Assembly (NCBI GenBank): GCA_003427395.1
Contig: BFEA01000013.1
Location: forward strand, 527,326-591,325
Direction: 5' to 3'
Origin: Chara braunii
Taxonomy: Eukaryota; Plantae; Charophyceae
Length of the DNA: 64,000 nucleotides
The notes beneath the pieces were generated by a model, which saw only the letters and a list, made by a program, of their open reading frames with translations, was not told the origin of the DNA and did no database searches. A program made the translations under genes and the position numbers. Of the stretch, positions 25,990 to 40,030 are shown piece by piece; position 1 is the first letter of the stretch; every line of letters starts with the position of its first letter.

Positions 25990-26403
25990 GAAAGTGGGCC
26001 AGAGGCAGCACACTCTTCGTTCGGGACCAACGGCTACGCCTGTTCAACCGAGCCTCACTTGACGACGGTCTTGAAGCGCTGGGCTCGCCTGGCCGCGAAA
26101 AATGACAAAAACTACGTTGGGGTGTATCTTTCGTCGTTACGGCGGAAAATACGTTCTCCCCCCTTGCACATTTGGTCAATAGTGCGGCAGTGCGAGGCTC
26201 CACGTGCCATGTTCGAAGGGTGAGCCTACAGACGCGCGCAGAAGTGTCCAATTTGTGCCCGGAACGAAGGACGGGTGGTCAATAGTGCGGCCCATATGTA
26301 CTCAGTACGAGGCTCCACGTGCCATATTCGAAGGGTTAGCCTACAGGCGCGCGCAGAAGTGCCCAATTTGTGCCCTGAACAGAGAACGGGGGCCTCGGCC
26401 CAC
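25990..26403 (-). promoter_or_regulatory. EF1A upstream promoter region with duplicated G-box module and site-II (TGGGCC/GGCCCA) motifs
   Basis: Tandem copies at 26173..26265 and 26276..26380, each with CACGTG (26201, 26316). TGGGCC/GGCCCA near 25995, 26289 and 26397. Confidence 0.5.
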
Positions 26404-27022
26404 ATGCCAGCGAATAGTATAGTTTACTAGTGGTGTGACGGTGTGGGACTGTTAGGAACTGTCTATTGTTTTGTTTTGTTTTGTTTTTGTTTTTTGTTTT
26501 TTGTTTTTTTTTTTACTTTTTTTTTTTTCAAAAAGATCCATGTGGTAGTAGTGGCTGGGCTCTATGCCTCGGGAAGTGTCTGATTTGCATGTGCAACCAG
26601 TGGGGGGATGACTTAGAGGATCCACATTTTCGGGGACACCTAACCATAGAGACTACACTTTAACTGTGTTACTTTTAACTGTCGTAAGTCGAGCCCCTAT
26701 AGCTGGTTACCTAGACCTAGCCTAACTAGACCAAGGCTCCCAACCCCTCAATGTGCCAAGGATCTAACTACAGACCCCTGACTGCTACCATAGAGGACAC
26801 CCTGATTACTCAGGGACGACCCGGAGCAGATTGGGCTATTTCCAACCTGCATCAACCTCACAGACTCTGGTGGCGAACCACACTTCTATGAACGGTATGA
26901 CAACCACCCTACCCTTTCCCAAATGAGTCTACTACCTGGATGAATCCCCTTGATGTGTACCCCTCCTAAATGACCTCTCCAGTGGGTATGACAGACCAGG
27001 CACTATCCGGATGAAGCCCATC

Positions 27023-27106
27023 CCGCAGGCATCGTAAGATTTTAACGATGGCCCGCCTGCAGGCATCGTAAGATTTTAACGGGGGCCCGCCTGCAGGCAT
27101 CGTAAG
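27023..27106. repeat. About 35-bp tandem repeat x2.5 (gcaggcatcgtaagattttaacg) within an LTR-like segment at about 26540..27410
   Basis: Direct inspection. Confidence 0.8.
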
Positions 27107-27614
27107 TACGCAGGACCCGTCCTGCTACGACCACTCTATAGGGTGCATGAGAGGCGGGATCAGACCAGGACCTAGGGCGGGACAAGTATGGGTTCAACCG
27201 TCGGTGAACCTCTGGATTGGGAAACCAAGTGGTACCCAAGACATCTGAAGACACCCCAGGAACCCATACAACCCCCATGGAACCTGAAGAGGTTCACACC
27301 CCTCATGCGGACTGACACCCTAATCTAACCCGACCCCTAACCTAAACCCCGTACTGGCCAGTATGTCTGGTGCAGACCCGATCATTGGACTGGGACGGTG
27401 GGATTATGCATCCCGCCATTTAGGGCAGGGAGCAGTAAGGCTCCGTTTTGTCATTGGTTTTTAGTTGCTTTAGGGGTCCCGTGTGGAATGGAGGGAGAGG
27501 CAATACGGTGTAGTATACTAACCTCTTTTTTTCGGCGTAGAATACTATTCTTTTTTGGTCGCCTCCACTGTTCTGTGGACATGCACAAAGGACAAATATC
27601 ATGGTAAGTCTCAT

Positions 27615-27848
27615 GGCCTAGCTGCAGTACTCTCCAAATGTGCAAAATGAGACCGAATCCATGGCCAGAACATGGAAAAATACATTGCCATTTTTTTTAT
27701 TTTTTTTTAAAGGTAAGCTATATTCATCTCTCATCTATCTCAGTTTTTCTTTTTTTTTTTGATATCTCAATTTTCTTGGTAGTAAGCATCTATCTCATCC
27801 TCTAACTATTGGTACTTTTGCACATGTGGAGAGCACTGCAGTCAGGCC
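27615..27848. mobile_element. MITE/foldback element with 33-bp terminal inverted repeats
   Basis: ggcctagctgcagtactctccaaatgtgcaaaa versus the reverse complement of ttttgcacatgtggagagcactgcagtcaggcc (29/33). Confidence 0.75.
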
Positions 27849-27856
27849 CCAAGGGT

Positions 27857-27961
<105 letters not shown>

Positions 27962-28692
27962 CCACTAGTACCTCCGAGCTTGTTTTTTCCTACGTTGAAT
28001 TTCACTGCGCCAAACCTGGGCCCCACTCCATTTTTTTATGGTACTCTCACAGAGGGAAAAAAAAAAAAGGCACAAGAAAAGTTGCGGCGGTGAAACTCAC
28101 AAAACAAGGGGATAAAAACAAAGGTGAGACTCACGTCGTGATTGTAGTTGTGTACATTCTTGGAAGTGGTAGTGTGAGTGTGCCCTCAGTGAGGGCATCT
28201 CAGCCTCCTGACCAGATTGTCGGATTTTATAAATGAAAAAAAAAAAAAAATAGAAACACGGATCGGACCATGAAAATGGCTGGATACATTCATCACGGTT
28301 ACAATCCTCTGATCACGGATTCCGCTGTCAGATTCCAGAAAGAAAGAGGAAAAAACAAAAAGGGAATATCGATTTCGTCCCTGAAAATGGTTGGATACAT
28401 TTATGTAAGTGTCAGTGACATGAGGCTTACGATCCTCTGAGGAAACACACAAATGGCCTCACCTCACTATTGTGGTTTCCCGCCTTCTACTGTCACACAG
28501 ACTAGTAAACTATACTATTCGATGGCATGTGGGTCGAGGCCGCGGGTGAGTTTCCTCCCCCTTTACATCAGGTCTTTTATGGATGTTGCCGCCCATTCTT
28601 CCCTCCAGATCCATTTGGGATTGGGAAAGCTCTATTGCGAACATCCTCTAAGAAGAAATAGCACTGCGACTGCTAAACAACCTACAGAGCAA

Positions 28693-28764
28693 GCCACCTA
28701 CCCCAGTTGGTTAGGCACCCAAGTGACATTTAGGAGGTCATGGGTTCAATCACTACTAGTGCCA
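28693..28764 (+). pseudogene. Degenerate tRNA-like sequence (probable tRNA-derived SINE head)
   Basis: Box A-like TACCCCAGTTGGTTAG, anticodon-loop-like GTGACAT, GGAGGTC and box B-like GGTTCAATC at tRNA spacing. The stems are broken. Confidence 0.55.
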
Positions 28765-28948
28765 ACCAATTGAGATAGTCGGCTTGCTCTTCCCGATTTG
28801 TATTGGGAGGGTCTTTGGCTATCACGGGTGTGTATGTGTGTATAGATCGTGTAAATATGTGGGAGAGTGTTCGTCATATCCACTGATGTTAATCAAAGGG
28901 GTAGAGGGCTTAAATAGGAGGTGCAACTACTAACAAAAAACTTTGTGA

Positions 28949-29097
28949 TTCCGTTAGTCAGTGTCCGAAGAGGACAGGGTTCGTCGAGTTCAAGCGCATC
29001 AGTCCCGCACAGGGACCCTTTTGTGTTTCCGTTAGTCAGTGTCCGAAGAGGACAGCGTTCATCGCGTTCAAGCACATCGGTCCCGCACAGGGACCCT
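28949..29097. repeat. About 78-bp tandem duplication
   Basis: ttccgttagtcagtgtccgaag.ggacag...gtcccgcacagggaccct occurs twice. Confidence 0.85.
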
Positions 29098-29169
29098 CCC
29101 AGCCATGTCATGCATGATTTTGGCATTCAGGATGCAAAGCATTCATGAACAATGTCGCTCCGGCCGAGT

Positions 29170-29370
29170 GTATCAGGCATACATCTCACGAGTTCCTATA
29201 ATAAGATAAAGGACCCTACGAGGTACAACTTACCTACACCCGAGGGAGTTGTCACCATTTTTGGGTAGTTGTATCCCCCTCGAGCTATTGGTCAACGTAC
29301 GAGAATTTTTACATGCGGTCGCGGAGGTGGATCAACCGAGGGTGTTTCTCGTTCGTGGCAGCATTGGGGA
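29170..29370 (+). repeat. Dispersed repeat related to the region downstream of the chromodomain at 58765..58960 (minus strand); a partial copy is at 32000..32110
   Basis: Shared blocks gaggtacaacttacct, tgtcacca, ttttacatgc, ggaggt and cgaggg.gttt. Confidence 0.65.
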
Positions 29371-32300
29371 TATGCACGGTCACACCTAAATCGAACCAGC
29401 ACGCGTACCGATACTAGGGACATGGATCTCCTCAGCACGACTCTGCGTCCGTCAACTATAACATTCAGTTTACCATGTGACTCACTTCCGGGATAAAATG
29501 AAATAAAATCGTTTTCCCTAATCTTTCTTCAACTTCCCAACCCTCATAATTTATAAAGCACGCGAACGATAAACTACAGTTTGCGCGAAGTCGTATAAAC
29601 GAAGCATTTCTGCAAGCGAGGTCATCAAAATTAACCATGAATGGATACGTGATTCATCACCATGGCCACACTTTACACGAAGCCCATAACTGTGTGGCCT
29701 ATTGTGGGTTGAGGGGTTGTGCACGACACATGAGTGTCAGATATGAGATGTCACAAAGGAAGCTTCCGTTGCGACACCGAACTACTGAAAAGCAAGTTGT
29801 TTATTCGTCGCGACAATGACAATGATTGAACTGTCCTCACCCTGAGAGTAAACTCGTATTTCGGGAATTTCTCATATGGAGTAGTCAAGGGGTTTACCTT
29901 TAGCAATTGCGGACTTAACTGTCCAATCATGAAAATAAATGAGCACATATATGTTCGTCTCGAGCACGTGCACGAGCCATTACGTGAGTTGACCTCTCAT
30001 ATGAGGTCTTACGTCGGTTGATTATGACGTCGAGTTTAACATCATGGTGCACAACACGAGGTACTATGACATCTGGTTTCACACATGCGTCTGGTCCTTT
30101 ACCGGATATCTACAGTCATAACTTACATTGCGCGCAAGAGGTAGAGTGAGACTCTTTACACAATGTATAAAAGCGATGTACGAGTGAATGAAACCATAAT
30201 ACTTAATGATACATATTTGTGTGATCAATGATCATGGAGGTGCCTCGTGCATTATCCATAATAATGCAATCCCTTACGGATATCGGGAAGACACACGACA
30301 CTCAAGTGTCAATAAATAAGCATTATAAGGGTTCAATTCATTGACGTTGACCGACCACACACGTGGTCGCGAACTCTCCCATCTCTCGAGTCTAGCGTGA
30401 AATATTTGTGAAAGTTGCAACGCGGTAGAAAACTTTCGATGGTTAGCGGACAAGAGTCTTAGCTTCCTATTGTGAACAAGTTTATCAAATTTTTAAAATA
30501 AACAAGCAGGTCTTACAAATGTTTATCTTCCTTTTCCGTACTACCTCTCTAGGGTCTGGCAATGTAAAGCTTTTATCGTAGGTTTATGTCAATATCGATC
30601 CAGTCCTAAGGTAACCTTAGGTAATGTTTGTGACTATCATAACCACATAAACAAAGTGGGTAAATTAATGGGACGTAACAAAGGTTGTCTGGCATCGAGC
30701 GATCATTATCAAAACCACTGATCTGACTTATCAATCAGTATTTCAATAAATAGAACAACATCCGGACAAAAAAATGCAAACCTTCACACATACATGCATC
30801 CATGCAAGTTCGACAATCATATGCCACGTACTAATGTCGTGAAATTTATCGTTTCCTACAACTCACACCCCGCCTTGCATACACAAGCCCAAAACGTTAT
30901 TCATATTTCCATAAAAATATAATCAATCTTTTAAAATAACAATTAAAAGAAAAATAAGTGAAACCCTCGAAAAACATGTCAGCGGGTTTAATGCCTTAGG
31001 TTGAGGTAGTGATATAAGTAAAGTTATATGATATAAACTGAACTATTATTAAATGATAACATAAGATTAACAATCCTTGATGAATCAGGGTGAAACTAGT
31101 CGAGCCTACAGTCGAGTGGCGAACTGCATCACAATACACGTGAAAAAATCATTTTCATATTCAAGATGAATCGAGAATGTACTCTAAGAGGTCATCTGTA
31201 TGTCATCGTCTGACCATTGTACTAACTCTCTTTTCACCTTTCCTTAGTCTGCACCAGACAATGATAATTTTTGACAACAGTTTCTCTAAGTAGGATATAT
31301 TATCAATTTTTTCACTGTAACTAGATTTGGGACTAACGTTTGACTCTTAACGTGATTGTCATATATATAGATAACGTTCATGATACCTCGTTGAAGAGAG
31401 TATTATAACTAGATTTTAGCTCCGACTCCTAGTACGGTCATCCTATCTTATCCCAAACTCCCCTTATCCATATTACTATGTCTATCACTCCAGCACTCGA
31501 CGAACATCTAAATAACTAACTATCAAAAGATAGTTCAACGAGTGCTCCAAACAATTTACAAATACAAATATTTTTCACCATCTCACATTCAATTATTCAA
31601 TTCATATAGTTTGAGTAGGTGTTCAATTCATTAACCCTTTAACCCTCTTTACCTATGATAAAGGATTAAACTTTCCCAACTTAGGAGTATGTTCAACATG
31701 CCTAGATAATAGCATGCGGTTATTGAATATGCTTGGATAATAGCATACGACATATGACTAGACCGCCCTAACTTAGGGGTATGTGTACCTTTTCTAGACG
31801 ATAACATAAGACATCTGAATAAATCGACCCAATGTAGGGGTACGTATAGCCTCTGCCTGTATAATAACAAAAGACATATGACTAGACCGTTGTCGAGCTG
31901 GTCTATCCCAAACGCTTCGGCGAAACAAGGGACCCTCATAGTGCTGTCACACATGAGTGTATCTTACAAGTAGGTGGCCACTTGAGGTGTAACTCCAGCC
32001 GTGTATGCCAGTTATACCTCTCATAGCTCCCTGCGACAGGACAACACCCCTAAGGGGTTCTTACAAGGTACAACATACTTTTACCTAAGGGGTTGTCACC
32101 ACCCTTAGTTATCAATCAATAGTTCAAAAACTTTTAAATGCAATTGCAGAGGTGTAAGCATCGTAATTGTCGTAGAACTGACCCATATGAATGTTTTGCA
32201 TCGTGACGTTGATCTCTCGATCGACTTTATAGATTAAGTTAAATTTTTGACGAATTGTAGTGCTTACGATAAAATGCAAGTTATTGTGAGTATACCAATT

Positions 32301-32844
32301 CAACTACAAATACTAATAAAAAAATTATATGTAAACGATTTATACCAAGGATAAATTTCTCCCCCTTCAGAAAAACTATCCTCTCAACTCAAACACTATG
32401 GTGTTGAAGAATCGGGTTTAAACTAAGCGTTCACCTTATGAAGGGGTAAAATTAGACTAAGATGATATCCATGAAAACTTTTACGTACTTAATGCATACA
32501 TATACACACACACACAATGATTTAATGATGTGGGTTGTAGCAGGCGATGAAATATCGTTACATTTTTTGCACATACATGCAAGAACGTCCCTAAGAAAAT
32601 ATAATTTTTGACCCTTCGATCATATCTGAAAACAAAAAGACGTAGGTTTATAGTATTTTCAAATAACAAATAACGTATAAGGCTTTTGGTCTGTCAAAGA
32701 ATATCAAATGCACGACTATTGCAAAAACAATGCACTATCGAAGTATATTATATATCTAAAAATAAATTATTCAATCAATTTTGAACGCCGACGAGTTAGG
32801 CATAAACCATGCGTCTATCCTGCAGAGGAGTTAAGTATGACTAA

Positions 32845-33260
32845 ATCAAAATGCAAGGAAGATGAGCAATAGCGAACTTCAGCAATCAAACAACATCATA
32901 CACATAAGACCAGATAGTCGTGACCTCGAACCAACAACATAATTGCATTACGAGTTTCACCAAATAAAAACACATCAAAAACACATCAAAAACTCATAAT
33001 TAACAATGTTGAAATTATCTCATCATCATCATCAACGAAGAACCAATGTTGATATCCTATCTGGCGCTCGGCGCCCAAACTACAGATGGCAGATCCTATC
33101 TATCCTATACTAGAATGCCAAAGATAACGTCAACAACTTTTTCGAAGTATAAGCATACAACGACCAATGTCGCACGCTTCCAGCACCAGGTATGTCTCCC
33201 GCCTCACTCACAATCTCGTTCCCCCCCCCACAGATGCCACTTGCACCCAAGGACCACCCT
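32845..33260 (+). repeat. About 415-bp dispersed repeat; inverted copies at 36877..37283, about 38325..38672, 51552..51900 and about 52915..53280
   Basis: Core atcctatctggcgctcggcgcccaaactacagatggcagatcc. Matching ORF-track translations (MLISYLALGAQTTDGRSYL) on opposite strands. Confidence 0.88.
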
Positions 33261-35405
33261 GTGCCTCACCCAACTTACAACAGCGCAACCATGCTATAGC
33301 TGCTTGCTCCTTCCTGCTCGCCCGTGAGAGCGTGAGTGTCAGCCAGCTTTAGTGCAGCAGCGCTTGCACAACATGCAGCCAGCACCCGAATGCCGAATGC
33401 GGAGACAGACCCTTTGCTTTATGGAAATGACCTACCTGCGTTCTATCCCAGGCTGCGTTGGGCCTTTCCCAAGAAGCTTTCGGTAGGCCCCTGTAGGCTG
33501 AGGCCCATCCCGAAACAGATCAGGCCTAGGGCTTGGCCTAGGGCCTGAGGTGGTTGCTTATGCCCAACTGCCTTCGGCCTGAGTTTGACCCATACCCCGT
33601 ATCCAGCCTAGGGCCTGCTTTCGATACATGCAAACAGGCGGCCCATGGCCTGGGTTCTTTCAACCAACTGGCGCTGCGCAACTGCCTGAATTTCCTTAGT
33701 TGCGCGGTGTCGGAGCAAACACCCTTACAAGGGTATTTGCTCGTGATTTTGCATTCGATACATTACCAACGCTGGTTACCATGCCGGGGGTGGTTAGGAG
33801 TAAAAAGTAAGAACTTTCGGCGTGACGCCGTGAACGAATTCCTCGACCATTAAGGCCAGGACTACCTATGGAAATGTGTCGTCACTGCACCAAGTGGTGA
33901 CTACCGGTATTGGACTTCTAAAAATGCCAACTTTTGTCTTCTTCTGCTCGACCTTAACTACCCAACACATCTACCTCTACTTGGTGTGGTATCGGCTTAC
34001 CTGCTACTTAAGCATTTTTCCCTGCTCTGAAGTGTCGCGGACCTATTTCCCGCCAATTGAGTGTTTTCCCCGCCACAACCCTCAATGTCCCGACCGCGGG
34101 TAAGTACAGGCCCTTCGGGCCTTCCGAGCAAACAAAATGACCTTACGGGTCACACACACTCAAGCCGACAAGCACTCAGACAGAAACACAGACCAACAAG
34201 CATACACACACACAAAGCTAGGAATGGGCCCGACCCACTAGTTGGGATAGGCCCGAATGCTGTACTTATACAAAAGTTGCTCCCCTTTTTTTTGAAGTGA
34301 GGGCTAGCTCAGTAGGTACGGGTACGAATTGTCAAGCGGAGGACTCGGGGATCACCTCCACCCGACCTCTGAGCTAGTTACTTTTTGTCAAGAAGCTCCA
34401 TTACGCTTTTCACCCGGGCTCAGTTGGCCGGGGCTCGATCCCGTGACCTTGGTTTTGGCACAGGATAGAGTTAGAGTCTGTTGTGACAGTTGGCACAACG
34501 GGGTAGATAGTAGTTGGATTCTCCTTAGCCTTTTTTCCCTTTTGCCTTTACTTGTTATTAGTTAGATTCATTTCCTTTTCTTCCAATTATTTATTACTTC
34601 TTTATTTTTGGTTTTTAGGCCCCGTGTTCGAATCTCTCACAGCCTCGCCTTAGTGAATCTACCTCTGGAATCGCGGTAGATTCAGTCGAGGAGTCAATAA
34701 GAATCGCATACGATCTAGCCGCTAAGGATTACAGTGCGGCGTCACGGAGACCTGGCTCGAGGGAAAACGAGCTGGGAGTATGAGAGAGAAAAGGAAGAAA
34801 AGCAATCGAAGGCGAAAGGGGGGGATATCGCGAGTGAACCGAAAAGCGGGAGATCACACGAAATCGATAAAACGTGAGCAGAGGAAGGAGAAGAGGAAAA
34901 AGAAGAAGGAGGAGAGGGAGAAGAAGGAGAGAAAAGGAGGAGAAAAGAAAGGAAGAAGAGAAGGTGATCGGGTACTTACTTGAGGAACAGTGAGCATACG
35001 ACCGTCAATTATGACGACGACAACGCCGAAGACGACGAAGGCGAAGGAGCGAGAGAGAAAAAACGATAAGTTTCAATTAAGCGGCTAACCTCACGGTACT
35101 TCCGCGGAGGAGACGAGAAAATGACAAATGAATCTCCCTCTACAACATGGAAAAATACATTACAGCTTGCACGTGCCGCCGTCACGCCATCACTCGCTCG
35201 TCCGCTGACTTGCCATCAGTGTGTATGTATACGTGTGTGTAAGGGAGGGAAAAAGAGTTCAGGGAGAGAGTGGCGTGAGTTCTCTATTTCGCAGAAGGAT
35301 ATCATGATGACGGTCAATCGGTCTCACCCAAAACAAGAAGGTTAACGATTCGTAAGTGTATCTGGTAGGAAAAATAGTTAATACACGTTTATTTTGGTGG
35401 CATTA

Positions 35406-35475
<70 letters not shown>

Positions 35476-36677
35476 CGTTATTATTGGGTAGTTACTTATT
35501 ATTATTATTATCCTTATTAATATCATAACAATTATAAAAAACTCCCCATAATTACGAAGAGGAAAGAGATGGCACGAAAAGGGAAAGAAGAAGAAAGGGG
35601 TAGTGGCGACTTACCTATCAGCTCCAGTGCCCTCATCCCATAAGAGGGTGAAGGCGACTTTGTTATAGATGTCGTCTTCGTTTCCGCAATCATAACGACT
35701 CGTTCCATTGTATTAGAGGGATTGGCGCAAGACAGGGGGAAGGCGGGATTGATGCGCAGAAGAAGGGAAGGAGGGAGCTCGAAGGAGAAGAAGAGGAGCG
35801 CAGCCTGTAGGAAAGGGAAACGGGGCGTGCGAAAAGAGAAGAAAAAGAAGAAAAAGAAGAAGAAGAAGAAGGAGGAGAAAGAAGGAGGAAGGAGGGAGAG
35901 GGAGAATGGGAGCGGGAAGGTAGTAAGGGAGAGAACGAAAAAGGAGGTTAGGAAGAAGGCGAGGAGTAAGCGACAGAGGTGATGACTACGGAAGGGGAGA
36001 CAATGGCTACAGGGAGACCCATTGTGTTTGGAATACAACGAGGGAAAGGGCGCCGAAAGGGAGGTGGAAAGCGGGCATGGGTGAGGGTAGAGCATGCGGG
36101 ACTGTACGCGCAGGTGATCGAAGAAACGGGCGTACAATGAGGGGAGGATAAGTAGAAGGAGAAGTAGAAGAAGAAGAGGAAGAAGAGGAAGGAAAAACAA
36201 GAGAAAGGGAAAAAAAGAGGAGAGGAAAGGGATACTAACCGGGCCTACATCTGCTACCTACCGAATGTGAGGGTGAAGATTTGTCCGATGCGTGATGCAT
36301 CCGCAGGCGGCATCATGAAGGTGGACTCGACGTCTGCCGACCTCATTGGAATGTGTTCTTGAGCCTGTCGAATCATCCGTGTGCTATGATCACGATGTAC
36401 TGCACATCGTGGTGGATCGGGCTCCATTGGCAGAGCAGGGAGCATCGAGCGTTTGACTGACGACGGTGACGAAGATGAAGAGGAGCATGCACAGGTAAGG
36501 CTCCTATCTCACGACTATTCCTACTTCCATCAATAAGATGAACAAAAATAAATAAATAAATAAATGACTCTACCGCTAAAATACGAGAAGGTGCACTACC
36601 ACACTTACATCAATAGGATGAACAAAATCGAATGAATCTACTGTAGGACCATGAAAATATACACCAGCACACTTGTT

Positions 36678-36728
<51 letters not shown>

Positions 36729-36749
36729 AATTGACCACATATGTTAAAA

Positions 36750-36795
<46 letters not shown>

Positions 36796-37291
36796 TTACA
36801 CAGTCTGATCATATATATATATATATATATATATATCGTTAAAACCAGATGCCCTGCGCTATGCTGAATAGGGCGAAGGGTGGTCCTTGGGTGCAAGTAG
36901 CATCTGTGTGTTGGGGAACGAGGTTGTGAGTGAGGCGAGAGACATACCTGGTGCTGGAAGCGTGCGACATTGGTCGTTGTATGCTCGTACTTCGGAAAAA
37001 CTATTGTCGTCATCATGAGGTATTCTAGTATAGACTAGATAGGATCTGCCATCTGTAGTCTGGGCTCCGAGCGCCAGATAGGATATCAACATTGGTTCTT
37101 CATTGATGATGATGATGAGACTTTACCAGCATTGTCAATTTTGAGCTCTTGTTGTCTTCTTATTTGGTGCAACTCGTCATGCAATTCTGCTGTTGGTTCG
37201 AGATCACAAATATCTTGTATTATATATATGATGCTGTTTGATTGATGAAGTTCGCTATTGCTCATCTTCCTTGCATTTTGATTGATTGGTA

Positions 37292-37323
<32 letters not shown>

Positions 37324-40030
37324 GTAGTAGTAATAGTAGTAGTAGTAAAAATTAGACTTGCTTTCATTCACACTTCTCATACATGCAAACAGTCTGCACA
37401 GCGAACCGGCGTCAAGCGCCCACTCAGATCCCAAAGATATGGTAACCAAGAACACAGTTCAGAGTCAAGATCACTTCAATAGCTGTGGTGACTTGGCACC
37501 CACACAACCCTCCCTGTTCGTATACACAGGATCATCCTGGATATCCCATATGCGATACTCTGAACGCACACGCGCACTCACACTCTGAACTTTAATTACA
37601 ACTATGGCGGCTATGGCTCCTACTACCCTATCCCTATGGCTAAGCTTTTCTCTCGCACACTTCGTCTACAGGCTCGCTACAGACCACCTCGCACAAGTCG
37701 CTTATGGCAGCGCTTCCGCACGACCCTTGCAGGAAAGAATGAATGACCGAGTGTTGCCTCGTGATTTATACTTCTGCAGCTCATTGGTCTGACCCTTTCC
37801 CATGCCCGTAGTGCACACAGTCCCATGCAGTATTTGCTTGACTGGACGAGGACTAACTGGGGACTGGGACTGTTGACTCAACACGGGTAGACTCCGTGAG
37901 TTGCCCACTTGCCTCACCCATGGGTGTGTACGAAAGTGTGAGTGTAAGTAAAGTAAGAGAGAGAGACATAGATGGTGCGAGCATGTATGTGTGTTTGTGT
38001 GAGTAAAGGAGTGAGAATAAATAAATAGAAGCAGACAGACAAAGACAAGACAGACGACCATATATAGATAAACAGAACAGACAAACAAGACAAAAATAGA
38101 CAAGACAGAGAGAGAGAAAGAGAATAGGGGGAGAGGCTTGTGAAAATGCACACGTGAAGGTAAAGGAAGAAGAAAAAAAAAAAGAATGAGAGGAAGAAGG
38201 AGGAAGACGAAGGGAAAGAGTCAGACACAGTCAAATACACAGTCTGACAGATTGTCATACACACAGTCGAACACACAGTCAGACAAACGCAGACTGGTCT
38301 CTTGGGTGCACGTGACACCTGTGTGTTGACTATCGAGGTTGTGGGTGATTGCGAGAGACAGACCTACGGCCTGAGACGACGATGATGTCCGAGATATGCA
38401 CGTACTTCAAAAAGCAGTTGACGTCATGCGTGGCATTGTAGTTTGTGGATTTGCCATCTGTAGTTCGGACGCCGAGCGCCAGATAGGATACGACGTTGGT
38501 TCATTGTTGATGACGATGAGACTATTCGCGCACTGCCACTTGTGAGTGTTTGCTGTGCTCATACTTGAAGGAATTCGTACTGCAAATCAGTTGTTGGATC
38601 GAGGTCACGATTATCTGGTTTCATGTATAGGATGCTGTAAATTCGCAGTCGATCATTTTTTCCTGCATTTTGTGTGATTTAATTATTATTGTTAATGATT
38701 GATTATTATTATTATTATTAGTATTGCGGACAAACTCACTTTCATTCCCACATCACATACATATAAACAGAGGGTGATTCAAACTAGTACACAACACCCA
38801 CACCAAGCTCAGAGATAAGGCAACTGAGAACACAGTCTGGAAGCAACTCGCTTCAAACAGGATGTGAACATCCCGACCCTCGTCACTAAATTTAACACCA
38901 CTGGTCGCTTACCCTCCAACTTTGAATCACCTTGGATACCACACGCACACAATCCGATCTTTAGCTACGGCAGCTATGGCTGCGCCGATTCTCCTTCAGG
39001 CCACTTCGACTTCGGGCACATCTGCGGACTACATTGCGCAAGTCACTGCGGCAACGCTTACATATGGCTTCCGCATGAAAGAATTAAAGACTGAGCGTTG
39101 CCACTTGATTTATATTTTTTTATCTTATTGGTCTGCCTCTTTCCATCGGTCCATGGTGCACACAGACCCTTATGGTGCTTGCTGAGCTTGACTGGGACTG
39201 ACTGGGTTAGTATCGCTGGCAGCATGGGTTTGCACTACCAAATCGATGCAGTTGCATAACAGATGTAATGCAGTAAAGGTTGTAGCAGAGACGACCTCGA
39301 CCTTGACCGAAATCTTACAACTATAATCCCGGTTGCAAAATCTTACCCCTGCACGACATAGACAAACACATATCCAGACAGGGACAGACAAACGAACAGA
39401 CAATCAGGTACAGACAAACAAATTGACAGCCAGGCATGAACACACAAACAAACGAACAGATGCTCAAAAAGAGGAAAAGGCAGCGAGAGAAAACTTACCT
39501 GAAAGTAGCCTACACGAGTCAACATCTTCATCTAATTCCAGTTCTACTAAAGACATCAATTGTATGCATCGTCTATTCGTAGGCCGCTTGAGCATGATAT
39601 GGGAGAGAGAGAGCTTTGGAATATGTTCGTCAGGTGATGACGAGTGTAAACTCTCACTAACACTCGGATTCAGTATTGAGTATGCTCTCATTGACACTTG
39701 GACTCAGTATTTGGTGCGATATCAGCACAACCTGATTGCCAGACTGTGTCAGGTTTTCTGACTTTCAAAGTAACCTTACAAATTGAAATCTGTCATTTCA
39801 TCTTCCTTGAGTTATTAGTATTATTATTATAAGTTTGAATACTGTTATTATTATTATTATTATTATTTGTTACCACGATTATCACTATCATTATTATTCC
39901 ATTAATTATTATTATTATTATTATTATTAGTGGTTGTCTTGATTGTTTTTTTATTACCATTTTTGAAAACATCAGGCGTTGAGCAACGGTCAGCAAGGAA
40001 GAGAGTGAAGGGCGCTGGAAAAGAGAAAAA

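Noticed and set aside
16811-26435. CACTA- or Helitron-like element enclosing EF1A (caccactagt / actagtggtg)
   Set aside because: Only a 10-bp inverted match, with no TSD, no subterminal repeats and no properly spaced 3' hairpin.
34300-34378. tRNA-Asp-like look (TAGCTCAGTAGGT...TTGTCAA...)
   Set aside because: The cloverleaf does not form; the segment is better explained as the TAGCTCAG/CTGAGCTA hairpin of the LTR.
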